A stretch of DNA of 63,223 bases from an uncultured Gammaproteobacteria bacterium (GTDB taxonomy: Bacteria; Patescibacteriota; Patescibacteriia; Patescibacteriales; UBA12465): assembly GCA_964431235.1 (NCBI GenBank), contig CAYSJA010000022.1, positions 1 through 63,223 of the forward strand. The letters run 5' to 3'. Below, piece by piece: positions 1 through 8,906 of the stretch. The stretch's first letter is position 1; each line of letters begins with the position of its first letter. The notes below the pieces were generated by a model, which saw only the letters and a list, made by a program, of their open reading frames with translations, searched no databases and had not been told where the DNA came from. The position numbers and the translations under genes are program-made.

Positions 1-202
1 AAATGCTATATTTATTGTAATTTTTATTAAATTAAGTTAAAATAATAGAGAAAATAAGAAAAATAGTTATAATTTATAACTAGGAACAGTTTTTATTAAA
101 CTATTTGCTAAAGATTTAGTTTTTGTTTGTGGCAGTACAATATAAAGCTATTTAAATAACCCAGCGATGATAAAATAAAAATTTATAAATAACGTTAAAA
201 AT

Positions 203-2029
203 ATGTCTCTTAAGAATAAATTAGAGTCAATAAAAAAAGAGGTTGTTACAGAAAAAGATGCTGAAAAGATAAAAGAGGGTAAAGAGTCGGTTAAAGAAAT
301 AGAGAGTAGTAAGCAAGTTTTAGTTGACAGAATAAGCGGTTTAAAGAATTTGCTTTCTCAGCTTGAAGGAGCCTATTCTTCAGCAGGTAATAAGTTGGAT
401 AATTTTAAAGAAGCAAAAAATAAAATAAATGATCTTTTTCTTGAATATAAAGATTATTTAAAAGAAAAGGGTATAAATTCTGTGGCAGATATTTTGCATA
501 ATGCTGATTTTTCCGATGAAAGTGAAATTCAAGCCTATCAAGAAAGCGGGACTTTGAAAACGGACAACGAGGAGGAAAGAGGGAAATTAGGAGAAAGTGT
601 TGAGAATTTAGCAAATATTAAAAAAGCTACCAAAGAAGCATTGCCCGATATGGATCTTGATTTTCGTGGTAAAACTTCAGAAGGGGAAGACCTTAGTCCG
701 CGTCAAGCCTCAATTGCCAAGATTAAAAATTTCATCAATGATTTAGAAAAAGAGTTGGCTGAGGTGAGCGCAAAAGAGTCCGAAACTAAAGCGGAATATT
801 TACCAAAGATTAGGAATTTGATAAAAGAAAAAATTGATAATATTTTTAAGGCTGACAATTTGTCAATTGCACCCAAAGCGGCTAATTTAAATTTTATCAG
901 CGACGAAGTCTTTGAATTGTGTGGCGAAGAATTTTGGCCGCAGGTCAAAAATGAAGCAATAGAAATGATAGTGGAGAAAGATAAAACAAGATTCGGATCT
1001 TATAACAGGGATGATATAAAAAAGTCATTAGAAGCAGAGAAGTTAATTTTTGACGTAGAAAATTTAAGAAATAATAATAAAGAAGTTTTGCAGTTAGAAG
1101 TTGACAAGATTAATTTTTCTAGATTAGGATATCGAATTGAGAGAGAATTATCTTTCACTCCAAACAATAAAATATTAGTAAAAGATGGAAATATATATCC
1201 TGGGGTTCTAATGGAACAGGCCCAGTATTTTGAAGAGAAAAACAAAGATGCTAAACAGGTTTGTGAAGATGTGCTAGAAAAACTAAAAGCATTATTAAGT
1301 GAAACTAAGGATAAAGTTCCTACTGTCTCTTTTTTAACAGGCAAGAAAAAGAAAATAGAGATTGAGAAGGTAAAAGCCGAGTTGGAAGAAGCTGAGAAAG
1401 AGCTAAGTGCAATAGAAGCACCAGATAATTTTCATTGCAATAATAAAAGATATGATTTTACCAATAAATTAGGGAGCAGAATTATTACTCCTAAATTTAA
1501 TTCATTAAACCGTACAGAATGGTTAGCGCCATTACGTAAGGAATTAGATAATGGCAGTGATAAAATAAGACAAGAGCTAAGAAATTTACAAAGCCAGGAG
1601 GGTCCAGCTGTGTCTAAATTAAGTGATGCCTTATATAATTTTGGCCGAAGATTAAAACAATTTACCGATGTTAATGGTTTTGAAATACCCTTTGTTAAAT
1701 TAGCTGAAAGTGACTATTATAAACGAATTAATAGTAAAGAAATAGCTGATACCTTCTTTAAACGCTTAGAAGGAGTTAATCTTGATTTAGAAGAATTTAA
1801 GAAACAAGTAAAAGAGGAGGAGGAACGTATTTCTCGTTTAATCTTGGATTTTCCGGAAGCAGAGAAAACTTTAGCTGAGTTCAATAGATTGCAAGAAAAG
1901 TATGATTCAGACTTTAAATATGAGACAAAATTAATGCAAACTAAACTTTCATCTAGAAAGGGAGAAAAAAGTTGGTCTATGTCTGAAAAAGGTGAATATG
2001 AAATAAAGCAGGAAATGTTTTTTAAATAA
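203..2029 (+). CDS. Lys/Glu-rich coiled-coil protein, function unknown
   Basis: Uninterrupted 608-aa ORF. K/E/L-rich heptad-like composition. No P-loop, signal peptide, TM segment or recognisable catalytic motif. Confidence 0.6.
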   Translation: MSLKNKLESIKKEVVTEKDAEKIKEGKESVKEIESSKQVLVDRISGLKNLLSQLEGAYSSAGNKLDNFKEAKNKINDLFLEYKDYLKEKGINSVADILHNADFSDESEIQAYQESGTLKTDNEEERGKLGESVENLANIKKATKEALPDMDLDFRGKTSEGEDLSPRQASIAKIKNFINDLEKELAEVSAKESETKAEYLPKIRNLIKEKIDNIFKADNLSIAPKAANLNFISDEVFELCGEEFWPQVKNEAIEMIVEKDKTRFGSYNRDDIKKSLEAEKLIFDVENLRNNNKEVLQLEVDKINFSRLGYRIERELSFTPNNKILVKDGNIYPGVLMEQAQYFEEKNKDAKQVCEDVLEKLKALLSETKDKVPTVSFLTGKKKKIEIEKVKAELEEAEKELSAIEAPDNFHCNNKRYDFTNKLGSRIITPKFNSLNRTEWLAPLRKELDNGSDKIRQELRNLQSQEGPAVSKLSDALYNFGRRLKQFTDVNGFEIPFVKLAESDYYKRINSKEIADTFFKRLEGVNLDLEEFKKQVKEEEERISRLILDFPEAEKTLAEFNRLQEKYDSDFKYETKLMQTKLSSRKGEKSWSMSEKGEYEIKQEMFFK

Positions 2030-2074
2030 ATAAGATAAAATATTAGGGAAAATAAAAAAATTATCATAATATCT

Positions 2075-2362
2075 ATGCTTAAAAAGAAAAGTGTCTCTAT
2101 AAATGAATTAGAGAAGGATTCATGGTTAGCACAAAAGACTTTTGCCAAGGAAAGAACAATACTTTCCGTTGAACGAAATTCACTTGCTTATATAAGAACT
2201 GGTTTTTCTGCTTTTGTACTTGGTATCGCTTTTATTAAATTATTTGATGAAGATATTTTTTTTGTAAAGAGTGGCATAGTGGCTTTAATAGCCGGTGTTT
2301 TGTTTATTTGTTTAGGCATTGCTTTGTATTTTATTAGAAATAGAAAGATTAAATCATTATAA
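2075..2362 (+). CDS. DUF202 (YidH-like) small membrane protein
   Basis: ERTILSVERNSLAYIRTGFSAF motif followed by hydrophobic helices; 95 aa. Confidence 0.6.
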   Translation: MLKKKSVSINELEKDSWLAQKTFAKERTILSVERNSLAYIRTGFSAFVLGIAFIKLFDEDIFFVKSGIVALIAGVLFICLGIALYFIRNRKIKSL

Positions 2363-2366
2363 TTCT

Positions 2367-4178
2367 ATGTTAAGAACTCATACTTGTGGTGAATTAAACT
2401 CTCGACATATTGGACAAGAAGTAATTTTATCTGGTTGGATAAATAGTTACCGCGATTTAGGTGGCCTTATTTTCATTGATTTGCGCGATCGTTATGGTTT
2501 AACTCAGGCCAAATTTAATGTAGAAGTAGGCGATAAAGGTACATTAAAGGTTATACAAGAAGTACGTAATGAATGGGTAGTGCAAATTATAGGCAAGATA
2601 GAAGCTCGACCCAGAGAAACAATAAATAAGGAAATAGCCACTGGGGAAATAGAGGTAATAATTAAAAAAATTAAGGTACTGAATAGTACCAAACAGATGC
2701 CTTTTGAATTAAATGAAGATAAGAGTCAAGAAGCTAATGAGTCCTTACGTCTTAAATATCGATTTTTGGATTTGCGCCGTAAAAAGTTACAGAATATGTT
2801 AAAAACTAAAGACGAAGTAATTACTTATATTCGTTCTTATTTTCACCGTTTAGATTTTTGGGAAATACAGACACCAATTTTGGCTAATTCTTCACCAGAA
2901 GGAGCGCGTGATTTTTTAGTCCCCTCCCGTCTTTATCCCGGCAAATTTTTTGCTTTACCTCAAGCTCCTCAGCAGTTCAAGCAATTATTGATGGTTGGTG
3001 GTTTGGATAAATATTTTCAGATTGCACCCTGCTTTCGTGATGAAGATCCCCGTATGGATCGTCATTATGGTGAATTTTACCAGTTGGATATGGAGATGTC
3101 TTTTGTAGAGCAAGATGATATTCTTCAAGTTATGGAACCTTTATTGAAAGAGCTAACGGAAAAATTTAGCGATAAAAAGATAATTAAATTAAAATCTGAT
3201 GGCCGCTTTTTACAAATTCCCTGGAAAGAGGCAATTAATCGCTTTGGCATAGATAAACCGGATCTTCGCTTTAGTTTGGAAATTCAAGATATTTCCAATT
3301 TAATAAAAAATTGTGGCTTTAAAATTATAGACAAAGCTTTGAATAAAGATGGGGTGGCGAAAGCAATAAATATACCTAAAGGGGCTGCTTTTTCCCGCAA
3401 GGAAATAGATGAAATTATTGAAGTTGCTTGTCAAAAAGGAGCTCCTGGTCTTTTTTATATTATTTTGAAAGACAAAAAAATTAATTCTTCTTTAGTTAAA
3501 TTTTTAGATGCAGAAAAAATTGCTAGAATATTAAAAAAAGTTGAGGCTAAAGATGGTGATTTAGTCTTTATTATTGCCGGCCCTTGGCGTCAATCCTGTG
3601 AGGCCTTAGGAGCAGTGAGAGAACATTGTGCCCGTAAATTAAATCTTAAAGACAATCGTTTAGCCGCTTTTGTTTGGATAGTGGATTTTCCTATGTATGA
3701 GTATTCTGAACTAGAGGAGGGGCGGATAGATTTCGGACATAATCCTTTCCCTATGCCTCAAGGAGGAATGGATGCTTTGAAGACTAAAAATCCTCTAGAT
3801 ATTCTAGCCTATCAGTTTGATTTGGTTTTAAATGGTTTTGAAATTTCTTCTGGTGCGATTAGGAACCATTCCCCGGAAATTATGTATGAAGCTTTTAAAG
3901 TGGCGGGATATAGCCGAGAAGAGGTGGATAAAAATTTCAGTGCCATGATAAGCGCCTTTTCCTATGGTGCTCCGCCTCATGGCGGCAATGCTCCTGGTTT
4001 GGATCGTTTAATAATGGTTTTAAATGATTGGAATTCAATTCGTGATATATATGCTTTTCCTAAAGATAGCCAGGGAAAAGATTTGATGACCGGTGCTCCC
4101 TGTGAAGTCAAGGATAAACAGCTTGAAGAATTATCTGTTAAAATAGTCAAGGGGAAGATAAAGAAAAAGAAAAATTAA
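2367..4178 (+). CDS. aspS: aspartate--tRNA ligase
   Basis: Class IIb motifs FFALPQAPQQFKQLLM, CFRDEDPRMDRHYGEFYQLDME, GGNAPGLDRL. Start set to ATG 2367 (MLRTHTCGEL), not the upstream extension overlapping DUF202. Confidence 0.95.
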   Translation: MLRTHTCGELNSRHIGQEVILSGWINSYRDLGGLIFIDLRDRYGLTQAKFNVEVGDKGTLKVIQEVRNEWVVQIIGKIEARPRETINKEIATGEIEVIIKKIKVLNSTKQMPFELNEDKSQEANESLRLKYRFLDLRRKKLQNMLKTKDEVITYIRSYFHRLDFWEIQTPILANSSPEGARDFLVPSRLYPGKFFALPQAPQQFKQLLMVGGLDKYFQIAPCFRDEDPRMDRHYGEFYQLDMEMSFVEQDDILQVMEPLLKELTEKFSDKKIIKLKSDGRFLQIPWKEAINRFGIDKPDLRFSLEIQDISNLIKNCGFKIIDKALNKDGVAKAINIPKGAAFSRKEIDEIIEVACQKGAPGLFYIILKDKKINSSLVKFLDAEKIARILKKVEAKDGDLVFIIAGPWRQSCEALGAVREHCARKLNLKDNRLAAFVWIVDFPMYEYSELEEGRIDFGHNPFPMPQGGMDALKTKNPLDILAYQFDLVLNGFEISSGAIRNHSPEIMYEAFKVAGYSREEVDKNFSAMISAFSYGAPPHGGNAPGLDRLIMVLNDWNSIRDIYAFPKDSQGKDLMTGAPCEVKDKQLEELSVKIVKGKIKKKKN

Positions 4179-4191
4179 GGAATAATCATAA

Positions 4192-4224
4192 AGCTGGTAC
4201 TAAAAATACCGGCTTTATTTTTTA
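4192..4224. terminator. bidirectional intrinsic terminator between convergent aspS and adk
   Basis: AGCTGGTA / TACCGGCT stem (one G-U pair), 7-nt loop, then TTTATTTTTT. A-rich on the other side. Confidence 0.6.
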
Positions 4225-4237
4225 TCGCTAAATTTTG

Positions 4238-4810
4238 TTATAGATTTAGTTGAGTGATTATTTTTTGATGTACCTCCTCAATACTCAGCTCACCGTTTAT
4301 TTCTATCAATAGATTTTTTTGTCTATAAAAATCAAGCAGAGAAGAATTTTGTTTTTCAAAAATAGAAAATCTGTTTCTTATTGCTTCTTCATTATAATCA
4401 TCTTCGCGATCTTTACTAATTTCTACTCGATTTTTAATGCGTTTACTAGCAGTTTCAGGCGATAGGAACAAATAAATAAAGGCGTTTATTCTAAGCCCTA
4501 GAGGAGAGATTGTTTCATCTAACATTTTAGCTTGGGAAATAATGCGGGGAAAACCGTCAAATACTAATCCGGTTTGATTTGATATTTTTTCTGCTTCTTT
4601 AATAATCTGTTTCATAAATTTATCAGGGATAAGTCGGCCTTGATCAATATAAGGTTTGATACTTTTTCCTAAACTAGAACCAGAAGCAATTTCAGCGCGT
4701 AATCTTTCACCCATGCCGAATTTACTAAAGTTATATCGTGTAGCCAAAAGGTCAACTTGAGTTGTTTTTCCGCCACCGGGCGGGCCATAGAGGCAGATAA
4801 TTTTTTTCAT
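4238..4810 (-). CDS. adk: adenylate kinase (short-lid type)
   Basis: P-loop GPPGGGKTTQ, LVFDGFPR, 190 aa. Confidence 0.85.
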   Translation of the reverse strand: MKKIICLYGPPGGGKTTQVDLLATRYNFSKFGMGERLRAEIASGSSLGKSIKPYIDQGRLIPDKFMKQIIKEAEKISNQTGLVFDGFPRIISQAKMLDETISPLGLRINAFIYLFLSPETASKRIKNRVEISKDREDDYNEEAIRNRFSIFEKQNSSLLDFYRQKNLLIEINGELSIEEVHQKIITQLNL

Positions 4811-4861
4811 ACGTTTTTAATTTATCACTGAAAAATAAAAAAAGCAATTTAATTTTTTTTA

Positions 4862-4870
4862 TGCTATAAT
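4862..4870 (+). promoter_or_regulatory. extended -10 promoter element
   Basis: TGcTATAAT, 47 nt upstream of ATG 4917. Confidence 0.45.
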
Positions 4871-4916
4871 TAAATATATAGTAATTTAACAAGTCCTATA
4901 TTAGTGGGCAAAAAAA

Positions 4917-5624
4917 ATGAAAGAAAAGATTGGCACGGAAAAAGAAGAAGCGCTAGCTAAAAAATTATCAGACATTATTTTAAAGACGATATTACAAGCG
5001 CAAGAAAAGCATTTATTGTCGAGCGATACTCTACAGGAGATTATTAACCGGTCGCAAGAAATATCTGCTTTATTTGAACGTTGGTTGGCGAGAAAAAATG
5101 GACGCTTGGTTGATGTTTATTTTCGACGTTTAAGGCAAAGTTTTGTTATTGAATCTCTATCTGGAATTTGTCCTCATATAAATTTTGCTCAACGGATTAA
5201 ATTGCAGCAAGAACCAGATTTGGAAGCAGATGCCGTATCTATTTTAGGAGGTGATGATTTGCCTAGTTCAAAGATTGGCCTTAGAGTTTATGAGGCAACC
5301 AGGAAAATGAGTTTATATCAAGCTTTTTCTCGATTGATGAGTAATTATCGGATAGCCGCTTTGAACAAGGGACAAATTCGGTATTTTTGTTTGAAATATC
5401 AAAAATTTTTGCAAGAAAAGGATCGCCATGTTGTTTTTCTTTTAAAAAAGTTATTTCAAGAAGAAAATGGATCTGATTGTTTACTAGCTGTTATCGCTAG
5501 TATAAATAAAAATGGTCTTCATATCGCCATTACGCCAACTAGTTCTATTGTTTATCCGGAAGAGGGTAAAAATTATTTTTTTGTTGTTCCTTATTACTCC
5601 GATAATGAAGGAGACGAAAGTTAA
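4917..5624 (+). CDS. hypothetical protein (orphan)
   Basis: 235-aa ORF with its own extended -10 promoter and a perfect hairpin terminator. No recognisable motif. Confidence 0.6.
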   Translation: MKEKIGTEKEEALAKKLSDIILKTILQAQEKHLLSSDTLQEIINRSQEISALFERWLARKNGRLVDVYFRRLRQSFVIESLSGICPHINFAQRIKLQQEPDLEADAVSILGGDDLPSSKIGLRVYEATRKMSLYQAFSRLMSNYRIAALNKGQIRYFCLKYQKFLQEKDRHVVFLLKKLFQEENGSDCLLAVIASINKNGLHIAITPTSSIVYPEEGKNYFFVVPYYSDNEGDES

Positions 5625-5627
5625 AAT

Positions 5628-5660
5628 AGAAGTAGTTCATACCATACTACTTCTTTTTTA
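5628..5660 (+). terminator. intrinsic terminator
   Basis: Perfect 9-bp stem AGAAGTAGT / ACTACTTCT, 9-nt loop, T6 tract. Confidence 0.75.
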
Positions 5661-5796
5661 TAAAGAAAATTATTTTTTGCTTTATTACTATTCTTTTTAT
5701 ATAATAATTATGGACTAATATTTAAAGAATAATAAGACAATTAAATTTATATTTTTTAGATTTTAAGTTTAATTAACAAATTTTAATACATTTTAC

Positions 5797-7104
5797 ATGC
5801 TGGACAAATTTTTCATCAAATTAGAGAAATTTTTACCAGAAAAATATTGTTGGATTCTAAGCCATGAAGGCTTTAAGCGGTATTTTAGAAATACCGGTTG
5901 GATGTTCTCTGGGCAAATTTTATATTTACTTTTGTCTTTTTTCATTGGTGCCTGGATAGCGCGTTATTTGGGTCCGGAAAAATATGGTATTGTTAGTTAT
6001 GTAGTAGCTTTTGTCGGACTCTTCGGTTTTGTTAGTTCTTTAGGAATAGATGGTGTTATCAGAAGGGAATTAATAGAGAGACCAGAAGATCATGATAAGT
6101 TAATGGGGACTGGTTTTCGTTTGAAACTATTAGGGGCGGGAATTGCTTTTTTGTTAGTAACAGTTTTTAGTTTCTTTTTTTCTAACTCGACAGATTTGAC
6201 CCGGCCTTTGATAATTCTCTATGCTTTGAATTTCATTTTGCATACCCCCTTTATCATCAGTAATTTCTTCTATGCTAAAGTGCAAGCTAAAATTGCTATT
6301 CAAGCCCAGCTTTTAGCGGCACTTGCTTCTTCGGTTTTGAAAGTAGTATTAATATTTTCCGGAGCCGGTATTATTTGGTTAATTGGTATCTATGTTCTTG
6401 ATTCTCTCTGGCAAGGGCTATTTCTCGTCTATTTCTATAAACGAGAAGGGTATAAGTTAAGTACTTGGAAATTTGATAGAGGTTTAGCTAAATCATTATG
6501 GCGAGATTCTTGGCCGCTGATGCTTTCGGCTGCTGCTGCCACAATTTATCTCCGGATTGATCAGGTAATGGTGGGGAGAATAATGGGGGATGTAGCGGTT
6601 GGCATCTATGCGGCGGGCGTGAAGTTAACTGAAGTTTTCTATTTCATTCCCGGAGTAATTGCTGGTTCATTATTCCCAGCGATTGTAAATGCTAAGAAGA
6701 CGGCGGCAACTATGTATTTTGGGAGGTTAAAGAATCTATATGCCTTATTGGCGATTTTTGCCTTATTAGTAGCGCTACCAATCTCATTTTTGGCTAAACC
6801 TATTATTAGTTTAGTTTTTGGTATAGAATACCTAGCTTCTGCTCCGGTTTTGCAGCTCTATATTTGGTCTTCTTTTGGCCTGTTTTTAGGAGCGGGGGTA
6901 AGTAATCAACTTATGGCTGAGAACCGTACTAAGGCCATATTTGGTGTTAATTTGGTAGCAATGGTAGTGAATGTCGGACTCAACCTCTATCTTATCCCGA
7001 AATTGGGTTTAATTGGTGCCGCTTTAACAACTCTTGTCTCCTATGCCATTATTCCTCTTTGGCTCTTTTTCTTTGGCTGGAAGAAAAGCAGAAAGGAAAT
7101 TTAG
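5797..7104 (+). CDS. oligosaccharide flippase (Wzx/MOP superfamily polysaccharide biosynthesis protein)
   Basis: 435 aa, about 12 predicted TM helices, typical Wzx-like layout. Strong intrinsic terminator follows. Confidence 0.75.
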   Translation: MLDKFFIKLEKFLPEKYCWILSHEGFKRYFRNTGWMFSGQILYLLLSFFIGAWIARYLGPEKYGIVSYVVAFVGLFGFVSSLGIDGVIRRELIERPEDHDKLMGTGFRLKLLGAGIAFLLVTVFSFFFSNSTDLTRPLIILYALNFILHTPFIISNFFYAKVQAKIAIQAQLLAALASSVLKVVLIFSGAGIIWLIGIYVLDSLWQGLFLVYFYKREGYKLSTWKFDRGLAKSLWRDSWPLMLSAAAATIYLRIDQVMVGRIMGDVAVGIYAAGVKLTEVFYFIPGVIAGSLFPAIVNAKKTAATMYFGRLKNLYALLAIFALLVALPISFLAKPIISLVFGIEYLASAPVLQLYIWSSFGLFLGAGVSNQLMAENRTKAIFGVNLVAMVVNVGLNLYLIPKLGLIGAALTTLVSYAIIPLWLFFFGWKKSRKEI

Positions 7105-7126
7105 TCTATTTATTACTAGTTTAAGA

Positions 7127-7148
7127 ACACCCCGCGGGGTGTTTTTTT
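7127..7148 (+). terminator. intrinsic terminator after the flippase gene
   Basis: ACACCC-CGCG-GGGTGT GC-rich hairpin followed by a T7 run. Confidence 0.8.
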
Positions 7149-7271
7149 AATTGGTCAGGAATCTTCGTACGAGCCCCAGCTAGTGCGGGGAGGAGGTCAT
7201 TATTTTAATTTAATATATTTTATATCTTTTGTTCATATTTATTTTGGTAATATTTAAGTATATCTAAATTA

Positions 7272-7300
7272 TTGACATTATGCCTGATTGGGTATATAAT
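7272..7300 (+). promoter_or_regulatory. consensus sigma70-type promoter of the HigB-like/XRE operon
   Basis: TTGACA-N17-TATAAT, a perfect match to both hexamers. Confidence 0.7.
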
Positions 7301-7312
7301 AATATTAATAGC

Positions 7313-7762
7313 ATGAAAGTATATTTACTAGAGTTAGAAGACTTAGAAAAGGAGAACATGATAAAGTTATTGCTTGAGGGAGAGTTGCTATCGCCAAGTG
7401 GGGTAATTGAAAAAGAAATTAGATGGAAACTTAAAATTAATTCTGTTATAAGTTATGTGTCTGAAAATAGAAGTAATCTTAAAATGCCTCATGTAAAGTA
7501 CATTGATCAATGCTTTGACAAGACAGTGCTGTATGAAATGAGGATTAAAATATCTGATTATTTATTAAGACTATTCTTTGTTTGTTATTTAGATAAAATT
7601 ATTATTTATAACTTTCTCGTAAAACCCTATAAATATGAAAAACAAACAAAGAGAAGAGTCGATAAGGATTATGAGGAGAAAATCTTGAAAGCAAAAGAAT
7701 ATCATTCTCAGCTTGTTCAAGGGCAAACAAATTTAATTAAATATATAAAAATGAAAGTATGA
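7313..7762 (+). CDS. HigB/RelE-fold toxin, phage Gp49-like (DUF891)
   Basis: C-terminal LYEMRIKISDYLLRLFFVCYLDKIIIYNFLVKPYKYEKQTKRRVDKDYEEKILKAKE fits the Gp49/HigB pattern. ATGA overlap with the XRE gene. ATG 7280 lies inside the promoter. Alternative start is 7358, after AAGGAG. Confidence 0.65.
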   Translation: MKVYLLELEDLEKENMIKLLLEGELLSPSGVIEKEIRWKLKINSVISYVSENRSNLKMPHVKYIDQCFDKTVLYEMRIKISDYLLRLFFVCYLDKIIIYNFLVKPYKYEKQTKRRVDKDYEEKILKAKEYHSQLVQGQTNLIKYIKMKV

Positions 7763-8145
7763 AAAAAATAGAGCCAAAATTAAATAATCAATCAGAGATT
7801 GAGATGTATAAAGACATTAGTGCTTTGCTTTATATTGCTCAAGAGGTATATGGGGCTCGTGTTAAAGCCAATTTAAGCCAAAAGACACTGGCTGTTCTTG
7901 TTGGAACAACACAGCGGATTATTTCAAATATTGAGAATGCGGAAATTAATGTTGGCTTTAATCTTCTTCATCGTATAGCTAAGGCTTTAAATATTGTTTT
8001 GGTGGTAGGGAGCCATAAGTTTGTGTTAGCTGGAGGAGAAAATGTTTTTAAAAACTTTATCATGCCAATAAATGATAATAGGGAGATGTCTGTTAGTAGT
8101 GTTAACGATTCCTCATCTAAATTATTCAATACTATATTAAAATAA
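7759..8145 (+). CDS. XRE-family HTH antitoxin (HigA-like)
   Basis: HTH LSQKTLAVLVGTTQRIISNIENAEINVGFNLLHRIAKAL. 4-nt overlap with the upstream toxin-like gene. Confidence 0.75.
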   Translation: MKKIEPKLNNQSEIEMYKDISALLYIAQEVYGARVKANLSQKTLAVLVGTTQRIISNIENAEINVGFNLLHRIAKALNIVLVVGSHKFVLAGGENVFKNFIMPINDNREMSVSSVNDSSSKLFNTILK

Positions 8146-8217
8146 ATAGTTAAAAATATCGAAGAACGAGAAATATATAATAATAAATAAAGAACATTAA
8201 TTAATAATTAAAAACAT

Positions 8218-8694
8218 ATGAAAAACGTCTGGTCAATATTATGTAATAAAGCAGTAGTCGATCAAATGAGCAATTCTCTAAGTTTGCACGATGTGGTTGA
8301 TGAACTTACCATTTCCTTTGTGCAACCGGAGGATATGAACAAAGAAGTAAAGAATGTGCCTGCTTCGTTTGCCGCAGTTAATATGTGGTATGACGAAGAT
8401 ACTAAAGAAGAAAGAAAATTAGACTATGTGATTGAAATCCATGATCCCAAAGGTGATAAGGTGGGAGAATTTGTTATCTCTGCTAAGTTTGAGGCTAATA
8501 AGAAGAGATTAAGAACAATTGCTAACATTAATGGGATTAAGTTAACCACGGAAGGAACCTATCTTTTCAAGACTATGCAGAAGAATGAAAAGGGGGAGCT
8601 TAATCAGGTAGCGGAAGTACCTTTAGATGTAAAGTTTGTCCTTAATATGAGACAGAATAATCAGAATAGCGGGAATTTGGATAGGATTGCCTAA
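8218..8694 (+). CDS. hypothetical protein (orphan, defence-islet context)
   Basis: 158-aa ORF with no TM or signal peptide. It is followed by a copy of the 45-nt terminator-like repeat. Confidence 0.55.
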   Translation: MKNVWSILCNKAVVDQMSNSLSLHDVVDELTISFVQPEDMNKEVKNVPASFAAVNMWYDEDTKEERKLDYVIEIHDPKGDKVGEFVISAKFEANKKRLRTIANINGIKLTTEGTYLFKTMQKNEKGELNQVAEVPLDVKFVLNMRQNNQNSGNLDRIA

Positions 8695-8711
8695 GATATA
8701 AAGAATAGATG

Positions 8712-8756
8712 ATAAAGTTTGTTAAAAAACTCATTTATTTAGATAGGTGAGTTTTT
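8712..8756 (+). repeat. 45-nt terminator-like repeat, copy 1
   Basis: ATAAAGTTTGTTAAaAAACTCATTTATTTAgATA--GGTGAGTTTTT, located 18 nt after the ORF158 stop. Confidence 0.8.
8726..8756 (+). terminator. hairpin inside repeat copy 1 (possible terminator)
   Basis: AAAACTCA / TGAGTTTT stem with a 14-nt loop. The T-run is part of the stem, so it is a weak terminator. Confidence 0.4.
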
Positions 8757-8877
8757 AAATTAGCAGGTTCTATTATTGTTTGAGAAGTATCAGGTGAGAA
8801 GGGTATTTATTTGATTATTTTTTTAATTTCATTTCATGAGATGTATATTATAATTTCGATATGAAGTATCACTATTG

Positions 8878-8906
8878 TTGACAGCATTGTTGTAATTATT
8901 TACAAT
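8878..8906 (+). promoter_or_regulatory. sigma70-type promoter of the wHTH-NTase/HEPN operon
   Basis: TTGACA-N17-TACAAT. It overlaps the left arm of the 18-bp palindrome. Confidence 0.65.

Noticed and set aside
64-82. A 9-bp-arm palindrome TAGTTATAA-T-TTATAACTA upstream of the first gene.
   Set aside because: It lies at the window edge with no identifiable partner gene or promoter context. It is low-complexity AT sequence.
2319-2366. A longer aspS start at 2319 that overlaps the DUF202 gene.
   Set aside because: The extension (MLCILLEIERLNHYNS) is not AspRS-like. The conserved N-terminus MLRTHTCGEL begins at ATG 2367, just after the DUF202 stop.
5512-5718. A 68-aa ORF overlapping the end of 4917-5624 and its terminator.
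   Set aside because: It lies in an alternative frame and runs through a perfect terminator hairpin. Its I/L/F/Y-rich translation is typical of AT-rich noise.
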